A stretch of DNA of 64,000 bases from Candidatus Omnitrophota bacterium (lineage in GTDB: Bacteria > Omnitrophota > Gorgyraeia > JAGLLT01). The stretch spans positions 1,754-65,753 of the forward strand of contig JAGLLT010000017.1 in the NCBI GenBank assembly GCA_023140385.1, given 5' to 3'. The notes below the pieces were generated by a model that saw nothing but the letters and a program-made list of their open reading frames with translations, searched no databases and was not told the DNA's origin. This document shows, piece after piece, positions 8,856-18,596 of the stretch; positions within the stretch are counted from its first letter, which is position 1; every line of letters starts with the position of its first letter. Both the position numbers and the translations under genes were made by a program.

Positions 8856-10277
8856 CTAAGCGAGAACGCACACCCTGTTCTTGCCCGACCTCTTTGCTTT
8901 ATATAATGCTTTATCCGCTTTATCAATAAACTTTCCCTTGCTCATCTTCTTTCCATATTCAGCCACGCCGGCGCTTACGGTTAGCCGGCCCTCTGTCTTA
9001 CTTTTTTTACCGGCAAAAGGATAACTTTCAACCGCCCGCCTTATCTTTTCAGCCAAAACCTGCGCTCCCTTCGCGCTGGTCTCCGGCAGGATAATCATAA
9101 ACTCCTCTCCTCCGTAGCGGGCGCCTATATCAACCTTTCTATTAGAAGCTCTAATAATGTCAGCCAGGTCTCTTAATGCCTTATCTCCCGGGAGATGGCC
9201 GTAGGTATCATTGTACTCCTTGAACGAGTCCACATCAAACATTATTAAAGAAAGGTTCCCGGCATAACGCTCGACGCGGTCTACCTCCTGGCTTAAGCGT
9301 TCATGAAAATAGCGGTGATTAAAAAGGCCTGTTACGCTGTCCGTAATGGCCAGGCAGGTTGCCTTTTCATACAATTTGGCATTTTCAATAGCAACCGCCG
9401 CCTGATGTATAATAACAGAAAGCACCTTCAGGTCATCCTCGGTAAATATATCAATATCGGAAGAGGTTTTATCGGTAATATTAAACACTCCTGTTACTTT
9501 ATCTTTCGTCTGCAGCGGCAGGCTCAGGAAAGATTTGGTTTTGTATCTGGATAAATTTTTACTCCTCAGATGGCTGTTCTTTTCAATGTTCTCCACCAGC
9601 AGCGGCTTTCCCTGCTGAGCCACCATTCCGGAAATGGTATTGTCCGCCGCGACCCTTCTTTCCTTACTAGCGGCTTTACTCAAACCCTTAGCCGCCTTAA
9701 TCACCAAATCCCCTGTCTTTTCATCAACCAGCAGCAAAGAAGCCTTTTCCGCGGGAATAAATTCAACAATCTTGTGAACAATAAAATTGACTAAATCATC
9801 TAAATTTAAAATAGCGCTCATACTTTTACCGATGATCAGGATCTGTTCCAGCTTATCCTTTTCTATTTTGAGCTTTTTCAGCAGCCACTTATTCTCCATT
9901 ACCAGATTCTGCTTTTCTAATCCACGGCGGATAACAGATTTAATCTGTTCCACTTTGTACGGCTTAATAATGTAATCATAGGCTTCTGCTTCTATGGCCT
10001 CAACGGTTGTCCTGACTGAGGGGTAAGCGGTTATAATAATACCGCAAATGTCAGGCGTAATCCGCTTTAACTGCTGTAAAACTTCCAGGCCGTCCATGTC
10101 CGGTAAATTCAAATCTAAAATAGCTATATTAAAAAAATTCAGCCTTGCCTTATCTACAGCCTGATAGCCCAATTCAAAAGCGGAAACATCATAACCCTCA
10201 TCCTCCAGGATAAGTTTAAGCATCTCTCTGGCAACTTTTTCATCTTCCACTAATAAAATTTTAATCTTTTCTTTCAT
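8856..10277 (-). CDS. Response regulator with REC, GAF and GGDEF (diguanylate cyclase) domains
   Basis: The REC domain (ILLVEDE…DLNLPDMDG), a GAF-like middle and GGDEF with intact RYGGEEF are all present. The start was chosen at ATG 10277 with GAGGAG SD; the longer ORF start at 10310 is TTG. Confidence 0.8.
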   Translation of the reverse strand: MKEKIKILLVEDEKVAREMLKLILEDEGYDVSAFELGYQAVDKARLNFFNIAILDLNLPDMDGLEVLQQLKRITPDICGIIITAYPSVRTTVEAIEAEAYDYIIKPYKVEQIKSVIRRGLEKQNLVMENKWLLKKLKIEKDKLEQILIIGKSMSAILNLDDLVNFIVHKIVEFIPAEKASLLLVDEKTGDLVIKAAKGLSKAASKERRVAADNTISGMVAQQGKPLLVENIEKNSHLRSKNLSRYKTKSFLSLPLQTKDKVTGVFNITDKTSSDIDIFTEDDLKVLSVIIHQAAVAIENAKLYEKATCLAITDSVTGLFNHRYFHERLSQEVDRVERYAGNLSLIMFDVDSFKEYNDTYGHLPGDKALRDLADIIRASNRKVDIGARYGGEEFMIILPETSAKGAQVLAEKIRRAVESYPFAGKKSKTEGRLTVSAGVAEYGKKMSKGKFIDKADKALYKAKRSGKNRVCVLA

Positions 10278-10288
10278 ATCTTCACTCC

Positions 10289-10753
10289 TCAATGGATTGT
10301 CTTGTCGCAAACTTTCTTAATGAGCTCAATAGTTTTATCCACATCAAAAGGCTTAAAGATACAGGTAGCGGCTCCCGCTTCTAAAGCCGTATTAATCATA
10401 TCTTCAACAGAATAGGCGGTCATCATTATGCAAACCGTCTGGGGACTCATAGCCTTTATCATTCTAAGAGTATCCACGCCATTTACTTCACCCAAAATTA
10501 TATCAATAAAAGCAACATGAAAAAATTCTTTGCCCGTTTTCTCTACAGCCTGCCGCCCGCTTTCCGCGGTTTCAACCTTATAATCACAGTCTTTTAATAT
10601 GGCGGCAAAAGTCTCCCTGGTAGTAAGTTCATCCTCAATAATTAAAATTTTGATTGGTTTTAATGGACACTTATCTTTCTCCCCCTTAGCATTCGCTGGA
10701 GACACTGTTTTCTTTTTGATAATCTTTGAGCGAAAAAAAATGTTTTGTATCAT
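10289..10753 (-). CDS. Single-domain response regulator (REC)
   Basis: ILIIEDELTTRETFAAILKDCDYKVETAESGRQAVEK…DIILGEVNGVDTL…MMTAY is a CheY-like receiver. Confidence 0.7.
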   Translation of the reverse strand: MIQNIFFRSKIIKKKTVSPANAKGEKDKCPLKPIKILIIEDELTTRETFAAILKDCDYKVETAESGRQAVEKTGKEFFHVAFIDIILGEVNGVDTLRMIKAMSPQTVCIMMTAYSVEDMINTALEAGAATCIFKPFDVDKTIELIKKVCDKTIH

Positions 10754-10766
10754 AACGCCTATAACC

Positions 10767-12722
10767 TCACCTTTCTTTTTTTATAGGAAGCCTGATTATA
10801 ACGGTACTTCCTTTGCCTGCTTCGCTTTCCACGCGGATACTACCGTTGTGCCCTATTATTATCTCATTTACAACAGCCAGCCCCAAACCTACGCCTTTAT
10901 GTTTGTCGGTAAAAAAGGGCTCAAAAACCCTCTTTATATTCTCTTTAGCGATGCCGCCGCCGCTGTCACTAATCCTAATCTCCAGCTCATCCTTGATTGT
11001 CTTCGCGCGCACTCTCAACTCTCCTCCCGCGGGCATTGCCTGATAAGCGTTTAAGATTATATTGTCCAGAGCCTGCCTAAAACGAAAGGCGTCCAAGGCC
11101 ACCATAAGGCCGGAGGACTGAAAATCCTCAATTACCTTTATGCCCTTAAGCCACTTTTTCTCCCGGGCGGAACTAATAGCTTCTTCCAGTATTACCTTTA
11201 TATCGGTCGGATTTAAAAGTAATTTAGGCGGACGGGAAAATTCCAGAATATTACTTATAATAACCGAAGCGCGTTCCGCTTCTTTCTCTATATCCTGCAC
11301 TGATTTAGTAAGTGGAGAGCCGGCTTTCTTCAGTTTTTCATTTAAATAATACGCGGCCATTTTAACACCGGTCAGTGGATTTCTAAGCTCATGGCCCATC
11401 ACGGCCGCCATCTGCCCTATAGCCGCCAACCGCTCCTTCTGAACCAACTGGGCCTGCGCCTTCGTCAACTCTTTATAAGCCTCATCTATATCCTCTAATA
11501 TATTCAGCGTAGCCTTTCTGGCATCGCTTAAATCCTTAGTCCGCTCTTCTACTACCCTCTCTAACTTCTCACCCCAGTTTTTAACAGTTTCATACAGCCT
11601 GGCATTCTCAATAGCCACCCCCACGGCATCTCCGATAGAATCCAGCATCCGCATTTCCTCCGGAACAAGCCGGTAATAACCGCGGCTCAATAAACTCAAT
11701 ACTCCCACCATTTTTCCCTTTGACATCAGCGGTATACAGGCGCAGGAACGAATGCTTCTCTTTTCCGTACCTCCTATCATAAAATGCGGAGCCTCTGACA
11801 CATTGGCTATTATTACCGGTTTCCCTGTCCGCGCGACCTCTGTATACATATTGTCCTCTTTTAACTTCAGCCGGGTAATACTTTTGATGTACTCCGCGCT
11901 AAATCCCCGATGGACCCTAAGATTCAGCTCCTCCTTTTCTTTGTCCAACAAAAAAATACAACCCCTATCTACCCTGATTACCTCCAGCATCCTATCCAGG
12001 GCGTCATTTAAGATTTCCTGCAGATTAAGCGACTGGCTCACCAGGCTAAAAACCGCGGTAAGAGCAACCTGACCTCTGACTCTACGCCTGCTTTCCTCCC
12101 TCTGGTTCTTCAGTTCTTCTGTGGACATCATAGTTAAGCCGACAGCGAATATCAAAGAAAAGAGCACTCCCAGGCCGAAGCCTATAGGGGCAAACCACTC
12201 AACATTCCGGAGAAAGGGGTAATCCAGATTATGAAGTCCGTTCAGAAAAAAACCGAGCAGGATTGGCAGGCGGGCCGCGGTTTTCTTCTCTTTTGTAAAT
12301 TTAAAAAAATAGAAACCGCAGGCAATAAAACCCGCACCGCTAATAAGCGATATTGGAACAACCGCCGCGTACCAGTCCCCGACAACAAATACCCCAATAT
12401 AAGAAATCGCTATAATGCCCAGAGTTATTACAATAGCGGCTATATGCCACTTTTTCAAAACCGGCGTCCTCATATTGCCGACGCTTTCTAAGAAAGCCAC
12501 GGCCGTCAAGGCGTAGAAGATATGACGGATAAACCAGAGAAGCTCTGTGCTATTTTGAATAATGGCTAATTCTGTCAGGGCATGAAGGCCAAAAAAAAGC
12601 CAGGCCGCCGCCCACCAAAAAATCATCTTCTCTTTAACCTCAAAGTACCTGACAAAGAGAATGAGTGATACTGCCAGCTTAATACCGCAGTCAATAGAAA
12701 TAGCCGGTGTTATCCACTGCAT
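10767..12722 (-). CDS. Sensor histidine kinase with a polytopic membrane N-domain, GAF, HisKA and HATPase_c
   Basis: About 6 N-terminal TM helices, then a GAF-like region. The H-box is MAAVMGHELRNPL, followed by the ATPase N/G boxes (…DSGGGI…GLGLAVV). Confidence 0.8.
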   Translation of the reverse strand: MQWITPAISIDCGIKLAVSLILFVRYFEVKEKMIFWWAAAWLFFGLHALTELAIIQNSTELLWFIRHIFYALTAVAFLESVGNMRTPVLKKWHIAAIVITLGIIAISYIGVFVVGDWYAAVVPISLISGAGFIACGFYFFKFTKEKKTAARLPILLGFFLNGLHNLDYPFLRNVEWFAPIGFGLGVLFSLIFAVGLTMMSTEELKNQREESRRRVRGQVALTAVFSLVSQSLNLQEILNDALDRMLEVIRVDRGCIFLLDKEKEELNLRVHRGFSAEYIKSITRLKLKEDNMYTEVARTGKPVIIANVSEAPHFMIGGTEKRSIRSCACIPLMSKGKMVGVLSLLSRGYYRLVPEEMRMLDSIGDAVGVAIENARLYETVKNWGEKLERVVEERTKDLSDARKATLNILEDIDEAYKELTKAQAQLVQKERLAAIGQMAAVMGHELRNPLTGVKMAAYYLNEKLKKAGSPLTKSVQDIEKEAERASVIISNILEFSRPPKLLLNPTDIKVILEEAISSAREKKWLKGIKVIEDFQSSGLMVALDAFRFRQALDNIILNAYQAMPAGGELRVRAKTIKDELEIRISDSGGGIAKENIKRVFEPFFTDKHKGVGLGLAVVNEIIIGHNGSIRVESEAGKGSTVIIRLPIKKER

Positions 12723-12723
12723 A

Positions 12724-13314
12724 TTATTTTTCTAATTCCTCCATCTTCTTCTTTAATTCCATCATCTTCAGCTCACGGCCTACGGTCAGGCGGCTAAACT
12801 TCTCAAGCTCCCTCACCTTATCCTCCAACTCCTTAGTTCTCTCTTTAACCTTTATTTCCAACTTCGACTTTAGCTCTTCAAGACCCCTGGTCTTTTCCTC
12901 GACAAAGGCCATAGCTACAATCGATAAAATCTTATCGGCAACCGGTTCATATATAGCCAGCGCTTCATACAAAACGGTTTGATTATTCTGATATTCATCA
13001 AAGAGCGATCTTCCATAAACATCCCTCAAAGTAAGCATCCCTCCGACTATCTCCTCACTTGTCATCGCTTTCAAAACACCCTTCTCCGCCATCGCCCGCG
13101 CGTACTTTTCGGCTCCTCCAAAAACTTTCTCTGCCAGACAGTCAATGCAGGTATCGTATATCACCTCTGACTCTGTCTCTGTTTCCTGGTGACTTAATTT
13201 GTCCAAGAACCCCTTAGCAGTCATTTCTTTTACCCACTTCCGCCTAAGCTTTTCCCGGTTATCCCTGAAATGCTTAACCAACACTTCCCTTAACTCTTTT
13301 ATTTTATCCGTCAT
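12724..13314 (-). CDS. Soluble signalling protein: helical N-domain (possibly RsbU_N/RsbR_N-like) plus a C-terminal coiled-coil S-helix tail
   Basis: The C-terminal tail ELEKFSRLTVGRELKMMELKKKMEELEK is paralogous to the tail of the next gene. ATG 13314 is preceded by GGGGG. Confidence 0.45.
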   Translation of the reverse strand: MTDKIKELREVLVKHFRDNREKLRRKWVKEMTAKGFLDKLSHQETETESEVIYDTCIDCLAEKVFGGAEKYARAMAEKGVLKAMTSEEIVGGMLTLRDVYGRSLFDEYQNNQTVLYEALAIYEPVADKILSIVAMAFVEEKTRGLEELKSKLEIKVKERTKELEDKVRELEKFSRLTVGRELKMMELKKKMEELEK

Positions 13315-13336
13315 TTTAAAACCCCCAATTTTTTCC

Positions 13337-14605
13337 TCAGCCGCCCTCTAATTTTTTCTTCAGACTTTCTATCTCGTCCTTTAAGGCTATCATCTTTAAC
13401 TCTCTATCCACGGCAACCTTATTGAACTTCTCAAGCTCCTCAACTTTCTCCTGAAGCTCGCCGGTCTTCTTCGTTATTTTCTGCTCTAAAGTCCTTCCCC
13501 ATTCTTCTAACTTCTGCCTGGAACTCTTCAAATCTTTAGTCATACGGTTAAACGAGTTGGCCAAAGCCTCTATTTCATCCCTGGTCCCGACTTCTACTTC
13601 TATCTCCAAATCACCTCCGGCAACCTTATCCGCGGCCTCCCTCAATTTTATAACCGGCAAAGACAGGTGCCTGGCAACCATCGTAACTAAAACAGCAATA
13701 AGCAGAGTTACTATAAAACCGACAGCGAAAAACCAATTTCTTATCTTGTATATAGATTTAAAAGCTTCCTTTTCCGATATCTCAACGACCAACATACACT
13801 GTTTATCTGCCAGCCAATTACAGTTGCCGATAACCATCTGGCCTTTGTAATCCTTGTATCTGCTTATACTTTTGCAATTGCCGCTTGAATAGTCCTTCAT
13901 TGAGTCAGAAAAAAACTTCTTCCCAAAAGGAACTTCTGAAGCTATAGAACCGCAGACAAATCTTCCTTCTTTATCAAGAAGGAAGATTTTTTCCTCTTTC
14001 AGCAGAGCACACTCATTTGTAATCGTATCACTTAGGTGCTTAAAATTTACCCTTTCAACTCCCACACCAAGCAGCTTTCCTGTCTCCAGTTGAATAATAG
14101 GCGTAAAAGCTAACATTGTAGGCTGTTTGAAAATCGGCGAGTAATAGATATCGGTTATCCCGGTGATGAAGTCACGGCCTTTTGAGAAATAGTTTCGATC
14201 CGATTTATCAAGCCCTATCTGCGTTTCATCGGTCGAGGCTATTACCTTGCCGCTGATATCAATGATAAACAACTCAAGAGCGCTGGGATCACCTTCTATC
14301 ATTTGCTTTAATCTCATTATAATCTCTCTAACCAAAACATCCGAAGCCTGCCCCTCTTCAATCCGCTCCAGCCTCCCTCTTATATAAATACTGGTAGCTT
14401 TTGACCTTATGTCTCTCTGCCTTTCATTACAAAAACTATTAAGCCGTCCCTCAACTCCTTTTCTGCGGCAATGTTGCTGCTTTAAGACACACTCCTTCAA
14501 GCTTTCTTTACTGCCTTGATAAGCAATAACCCCCATTAATGCAAAAGTACTAATAAAAATACCTAAAAATATAACAGTCAGTTTAGCCTGAAGCTTGAGT
14601 TTCAT
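13337..14605 (-). CDS. Membrane sensor with a periplasmic Cache-like domain, HAMP and coiled-coil tail; no output domain
   Basis: TM1, a ~270-aa extracytoplasmic domain, TM2, then HAMP (VIKLREAADKVAGGDLEIEVEVGTRDEIEALANSFNRM). The C-terminus is ELEKFNKVAVDRELKMIALKDEIESLKKKLEGG. Confidence 0.6.
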   Translation of the reverse strand: MKLKLQAKLTVIFLGIFISTFALMGVIAYQGSKESLKECVLKQQHCRRKGVEGRLNSFCNERQRDIRSKATSIYIRGRLERIEEGQASDVLVREIIMRLKQMIEGDPSALELFIIDISGKVIASTDETQIGLDKSDRNYFSKGRDFITGITDIYYSPIFKQPTMLAFTPIIQLETGKLLGVGVERVNFKHLSDTITNECALLKEEKIFLLDKEGRFVCGSIASEVPFGKKFFSDSMKDYSSGNCKSISRYKDYKGQMVIGNCNWLADKQCMLVVEISEKEAFKSIYKIRNWFFAVGFIVTLLIAVLVTMVARHLSLPVIKLREAADKVAGGDLEIEVEVGTRDEIEALANSFNRMTKDLKSSRQKLEEWGRTLEQKITKKTGELQEKVEELEKFNKVAVDRELKMIALKDEIESLKKKLEGG

Positions 14606-14633
14606 ATCCCTATCTCCTCCAATGTCTTAATCC

Positions 14634-14651
14634 CTGCCTGCCGGCAGGCAG
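14634..14651. repeat. Palindrome CTGCCTGCCGGCAGGCAG (copy 2 of 2), flanked by direct cttaatcc
   Basis: Read directly in the sequence. It sits in the divergent intergenic region between 14605 and 14839. Confidence 0.6.
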
Positions 14652-14671
14652 ACTTAATCCTGTTTTTTTAC

Positions 14672-14700
14672 ACTTTTAGCTTTACGCTTTAAGCTTTCTA
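14672..14700. promoter_or_regulatory. Recurrent upstream motif tacacttttagctttacgcttt, copy 2 of 3
   Basis: It lies 70-95 bp 5' of the 13337-14605 start. A similar motif occurs at 1105 and 29837. Confidence 0.25.
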
Positions 14701-14838
14701 CATATATTGACAATAATATCACATAGACTCTATTCTGTCAATTGAGACTCCCTTAAAGAAAATTCCCACATCTTGTACTTTATAGTATATACTATAATAT
14801 GTCATTGAGACTTAGACACTTAAAAAGAAAGGGCTCAT

Positions 14839-15381
14839 ATGTTAAAAAAAACGATAATACTGGTAGTAGATGACGATAAAGTTCTTTGCCGGAGCTTTAA
14901 AGATGTCTTAGAACTTGACGGATACAAAGTCATCACTGCTGAGACCAGAGTTTTGGCATTAAAGGCGGTCGGCAAAACTCCTCCGGATGTAATCCTGGTT
15001 GATATTCGCCTGCCGGACGGAGACGGTTTAGATTTAATAAAAGAGATAAAACAAATCATCCCTGATGTCTTACCCATTATCATCACCGGTTACGGAAGCC
15101 TGGAAAGTGCCATTGAGGCCATCAAAACCGGCATTTACGGATATATTCTAAAACCCTTTGATGTCGAGGCGGTAAAAAAGATAATAAAAAAAGCGATAGA
15201 AAAAATTGTTCCCGAAATAGAGATATTCAGGGGCCGGGTGAAAACATGGGAAAAAGAGGTAGCTGTCATCGCCGACGACAATGAATGCCTTCACTCATGG
15301 CTTAATAAACGCAAAGAAAAGTACAAGGGAAAATGCGTCAAGGTAGTGCTGATCACTAAAAAAGATGAGCCAAAGGATTAA
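14839..15381 (+). CDS. Response regulator receiver protein with a ~60-aa C-terminal extension
   Basis: ILVVDDDKVLCRSF…DIRLPDGDGLDL…IIITGYG…KPFD is a REC domain. Confidence 0.7.
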   Translation: MLKKTIILVVDDDKVLCRSFKDVLELDGYKVITAETRVLALKAVGKTPPDVILVDIRLPDGDGLDLIKEIKQIIPDVLPIIITGYGSLESAIEAIKTGIYGYILKPFDVEAVKKIIKKAIEKIVPEIEIFRGRVKTWEKEVAVIADDNECLHSWLNKRKEKYKGKCVKVVLITKKDEPKD

Positions 15382-15908
15382 GCGGTTATTTTTCTTCCCC
15401 TTGAATCAATAGCGACAACAGCGGGAAAATTTTCAACCTCTAATTTATATATTGCCTCAGGGCCTAAATCCCCGAAGGTGAGTAACTTTGCCTTTTTTAC
15501 CCTCTCCGACAAATAGGCACCGCATCCGGCGGGAGCCATCAGATACACTCCCTTATTTTTTTTCAGGCTCCTCACCACCTCCTGGGATCTCCTGCCCTTA
15601 CCTATCAAAACCTTAACTCCCGCGTCTAACAAAGACGGTGTAAATTCATCCATGCGGGATGAAGTGGTCGGGCCGCAGGAGCCTACGGGACGGCCTTTTC
15701 CGGCAGGCGTAGGGCCGGTATAATAAATAATTTGATTTTTAAGAACCAAAGGCAGTTTTTTTCCACTTTTTATTAAACCGGCTAATCGAAGGTGCGCCTG
15801 ATCTCTCGCTGTATAAATAGTACCGGATATAAAGACAAACTGTCCGGCTTTAAGTTTTTTTATAACATCAGTATCTAACGGCGTACAGATTTTAAGAGCA
15901 TTTTTCAT
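15378..15908 (-). CDS. fumB: Fumarate hydratase class I (Fe-S), beta subunit
   Basis: YYTGPTPAGKGRPVGSCGPTTSSRMD and MAPAGCGAY are hallmarks of the C-terminal catalytic domain of class I fumarase or tartrate dehydratase. Confidence 0.8.
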   Translation of the reverse strand: MKNALKICTPLDTDVIKKLKAGQFVFISGTIYTARDQAHLRLAGLIKSGKKLPLVLKNQIIYYTGPTPAGKGRPVGSCGPTTSSRMDEFTPSLLDAGVKVLIGKGRRSQEVVRSLKKNKGVYLMAPAGCGAYLSERVKKAKLLTFGDLGPEAIYKLEVENFPAVVAIDSRGRKITA

Positions 15909-15911
15909 TTT

Positions 15912-16754
15912 TTATATGGTTACCGCCGCGCTTCTTGTAGCATGGCATCCTATGTTTACAGCTACCGGAAGGCCGGCAATGTGCGTTGGGTATGTCAGGA
16001 TATTCACACCCAGGCAGGTTGTTTTGCCCCCCAGCCCCATCGGCCCAATCCTTAGATGATTTATCATGCTATAAATCTTCTTCTCCATTTTTAATATGTG
16101 TTTTTTTCTGCTGTTTTTATCAACCGGCCGCAAAAGAGCCATTTTTGCCAGAAGATTTGCCTTTTCGGCCGTCCCGCCAACACCCACCCCGACTATATAT
16201 GGAGGGCAGGCATCAGAACCCGCGTTTTTTACACACTCCACTATAAAATTTTCAATCTCTGTTATCCGGACGGTGGGATTAAACATCTTCATCCGGGTTT
16301 TGTTTTCACTGCCAAAACCCTTAGGCATTACGGTTATTTTTAACCTTTTCCCTTTTTTTAACTCCAAATGTATAATGGCCGGCCCAAACCCTGACCGGCT
16401 TTCCCTTTTCAGCGGGTCACTAACAATGGACGCCCTGAACAGGTACTTTTTATACGAGCGAATTACGGCCTTCTGAATAACACCCTCCAGGCCGCCCCCC
16501 TTAATCCTGACATCTTCTCCGGCCTCAACAAAAACAACGGGCAAGCCGGTATCCTGACAGATTGGCAATCTTTTCGTTTTGGCTATGGCGGCATTTTCAA
16601 GAATAATCCTGTAAAGTTCTCCGGCAAGTTTATTCGTTTCTTTGGCGTAAGCCCTCTTGAGGGCTCTCTTAATATCCGGCCTTATTACGGTATTGGCCTT
16701 TAAAAAAAGACTGCCCACCGCCTCTTCTACTTTAGCGGCGCTGATAACTCTCAT
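15912..16754 (-). CDS. fumA: Fumarate hydratase class I, alpha subunit
   Basis: PICQDTGLPVVFVEAGEDV and VGVGVGGT identify the N-terminal alpha domain. It is adjacent to the beta subunit. Confidence 0.8.
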   Translation of the reverse strand: MRVISAAKVEEAVGSLFLKANTVIRPDIKRALKRAYAKETNKLAGELYRIILENAAIAKTKRLPICQDTGLPVVFVEAGEDVRIKGGGLEGVIQKAVIRSYKKYLFRASIVSDPLKRESRSGFGPAIIHLELKKGKRLKITVMPKGFGSENKTRMKMFNPTVRITEIENFIVECVKNAGSDACPPYIVGVGVGGTAEKANLLAKMALLRPVDKNSRKKHILKMEKKIYSMINHLRIGPMGLGGKTTCLGVNILTYPTHIAGLPVAVNIGCHATRSAAVTI

Positions 16755-17170
16755 TTACTCTTATATCCTTTTCTTTTATACTCTCTGGAGACGGTCGTTT
16801 TAATGCCGCCTCGAATATTAAATTCACCTACTATTTTTGTATAACGCGGATTACAAACTTTTATAAAATCATCTAATATTTTATTAACCACATGTTCGTG
16901 GAAAATACCTACTTCGCGGTAAAAAAATAGGTACTCCTTAAATGATTTCAATTCAATACAATATTTAGCCGGCGCGTATTCAATACAAATACGCGCAAAA
17001 TCCGGTAAGCCTGTTTTCGGACAGATACAGTTGAATTCGCGGGTTTCTATGTGTATGAGGTACTCTTTATCAGAATACTGATTTTCCCAAACTTCTAAGG
17101 GCGGAGTTTTTAGATTCCTTATTTGCCCCTGCAAATTATCGTAAGTAGATTTCTTTTTTCTCGTCATCAC
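16751..17170 (-). CDS. queF: NADPH-dependent 7-cyano-7-deazaguanine reductase (unimodular QueF)
   Basis: The catalytic Cys context is CPKTGLPDF. The QueF motif E(L)KSFKEYLFFYR is present. Length 139 aa. Confidence 0.8.
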   Translation of the reverse strand: MMTRKKKSTYDNLQGQIRNLKTPPLEVWENQYSDKEYLIHIETREFNCICPKTGLPDFARICIEYAPAKYCIELKSFKEYLFFYREVGIFHEHVVNKILDDFIKVCNPRYTKIVGEFNIRGGIKTTVSREYKRKGYKSK

Positions 17171-17880
17171 TTCACTCCCAAAATTTTATGCGTCTGCGGT
17201 ATTACTAACACCTGCCTTAACTCCTTCTTCGCTATTTTAAACAACCTCACCATCTCCTCCTCCTTAACCTTCTCCTTAACCCCGCCAAGAGGCGTAACAG
17301 GCTGTAAAACAACCGGTATATTTTTATTAATACCCCTTATAATGTCAACCGCCTTTTTAAACTCAGCCGGCCTTAAACCGGCGGTAATGACGGCCTTTAC
17401 AAATAAGTCCCCTCTGTTTTTACCGCGAAAACAACCGTTGGCCGTCTTTAAAAAAAGCCGGTGTTCGGCCCATAAAGCTTTAGTTAAGCCGGCCGCCGAG
17501 GGCAGTTTAATATCCATAGAGATATAATCAAGGAACCCTATCACCTCTTTTAACTTTGAGACCAGGGTGCCGTTCGTCTCTAAGTATATCCTATAACCTA
17601 ATCCTTTTAAAGCGGGCAATAAACTTTTCAGGCCGTCCGTATGAATTAACGGCTCACCGCCGGTAATGGCTATCGAGTGACATATCTTATTTTTATCTAA
17701 AGCTCTTATCCTTTTAACCAATCTATCCAGTGAAACCGTTTTTGAAGTCAGGACACCGGTATCGCAATAGCGGCATCTTAGATTACACTTGGCAAAGCGG
17801 ACAAATACCTGGCGCTCACCAACAAACAGGCCCTCGCCCTGAAACGAAGAAAAAATCTCGGCAACGTGTTTTATTTTCAT
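17167..17880 (-). CDS. queE: 7-carboxy-7-deazaguanine synthase (radical SAM)
   Basis: It carries the CNLRCRYCDT radical-SAM cluster motif and sits between queC and queF. Confidence 0.85.
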   Translation of the reverse strand: MKIKHVAEIFSSFQGEGLFVGERQVFVRFAKCNLRCRYCDTGVLTSKTVSLDRLVKRIRALDKNKICHSIAITGGEPLIHTDGLKSLLPALKGLGYRIYLETNGTLVSKLKEVIGFLDYISMDIKLPSAAGLTKALWAEHRLFLKTANGCFRGKNRGDLFVKAVITAGLRPAEFKKAVDIIRGINKNIPVVLQPVTPLGGVKEKVKEEEMVRLFKIAKKELRQVLVIPQTHKILGVK

Positions 17881-18596
17881 CTATCTGTCTTTATACTGAG
17901 AGGATCATCTAATCCGGCCTCACTAAAACCGCGGCTTCGAAGCCGGCAGCTGTCACAGGCGCCGCAAGGATACCTTGCACCTTCATAACAAGACCAGGTA
18001 TATTTAAAGGGCACCTTCAGCCTTCTGCCCAACTTAACAATCTCACCCTTTGACTTCCTTGATAACGGCGTTTTGATTTTAACCATCCTGCCGGTTACGC
18101 CGCGCCTGGTACCAAGCGCGGACATCCTGCTAAAGGCCTTTAAAAAGTCGGGCCGGCAATCGGGGTATCCGGAGTAATCCACGGAATTTACACCGATAAA
18201 GATAGAATCGGCAGATAAAACTTCAGCGTAACAAAGAGCGTAACTTAAAAAGATGATATTTCTGGCAGGCACATAGGTGCTGGGAATACCCGCTTCTTTT
18301 ATCTTTGACAGCCCCCTTTTAGGAAGCCGCCTTTTTTTGTCAATTAGTGAACTACTCCTCGCGGGAAATTTAACCTTTAAAACAATATGGGCGGCGCCGG
18401 CAAGCCCGGCCAGCCTCTTCGCCAGTTTTATTTCCTTTTGATGCCGCTGGCTATAATCAAAACTCAAACAGGTAATCTTATAACCGAGGTTTTTCGCGTA
18501 ATAAAGGGTAACAGCTGAATCAAGCCCGCCTGAAAGTAAAACGATAGCCCTTTTCATTCTTCCGCGAAACTCGCCCGGGACGACTCCGTCTCCCAA
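17877..18596 (-). CDS. queC: 7-cyano-7-deazaguanine synthase
   Basis: AIVLLSGGLDSAV PP-loop is present, with a C-terminal Zn-binding CxxC…CGACDSC. Confidence 0.85.
   Translation of the reverse strand: MGDGVVPGEFRGRMKRAIVLLSGGLDSAVTLYYAKNLGYKITCLSFDYSQRHQKEIKLAKRLAGLAGAAHIVLKVKFPARSSSLIDKKRRLPKRGLSKIKEAGIPSTYVPARNIIFLSYALCYAEVLSADSIFIGVNSVDYSGYPDCRPDFLKAFSRMSALGTRRGVTGRMVKIKTPLSRKSKGEIVKLGRRLKVPFKYTWSCYEGARYPCGACDSCRLRSRGFSEAGLDDPLSIKTDR

Noticed and set aside
5529-12491. Numerous 60-130-aa ORFs antisense to AsmA, rph, GGDEF, HK genes and others (e.g. 5529-5909, 8147-8545, 9303-9554, 11752-12072)
   Set aside because: They are overlapped completely by long ORFs with clear domain signatures, and they have no SD or family resemblance.
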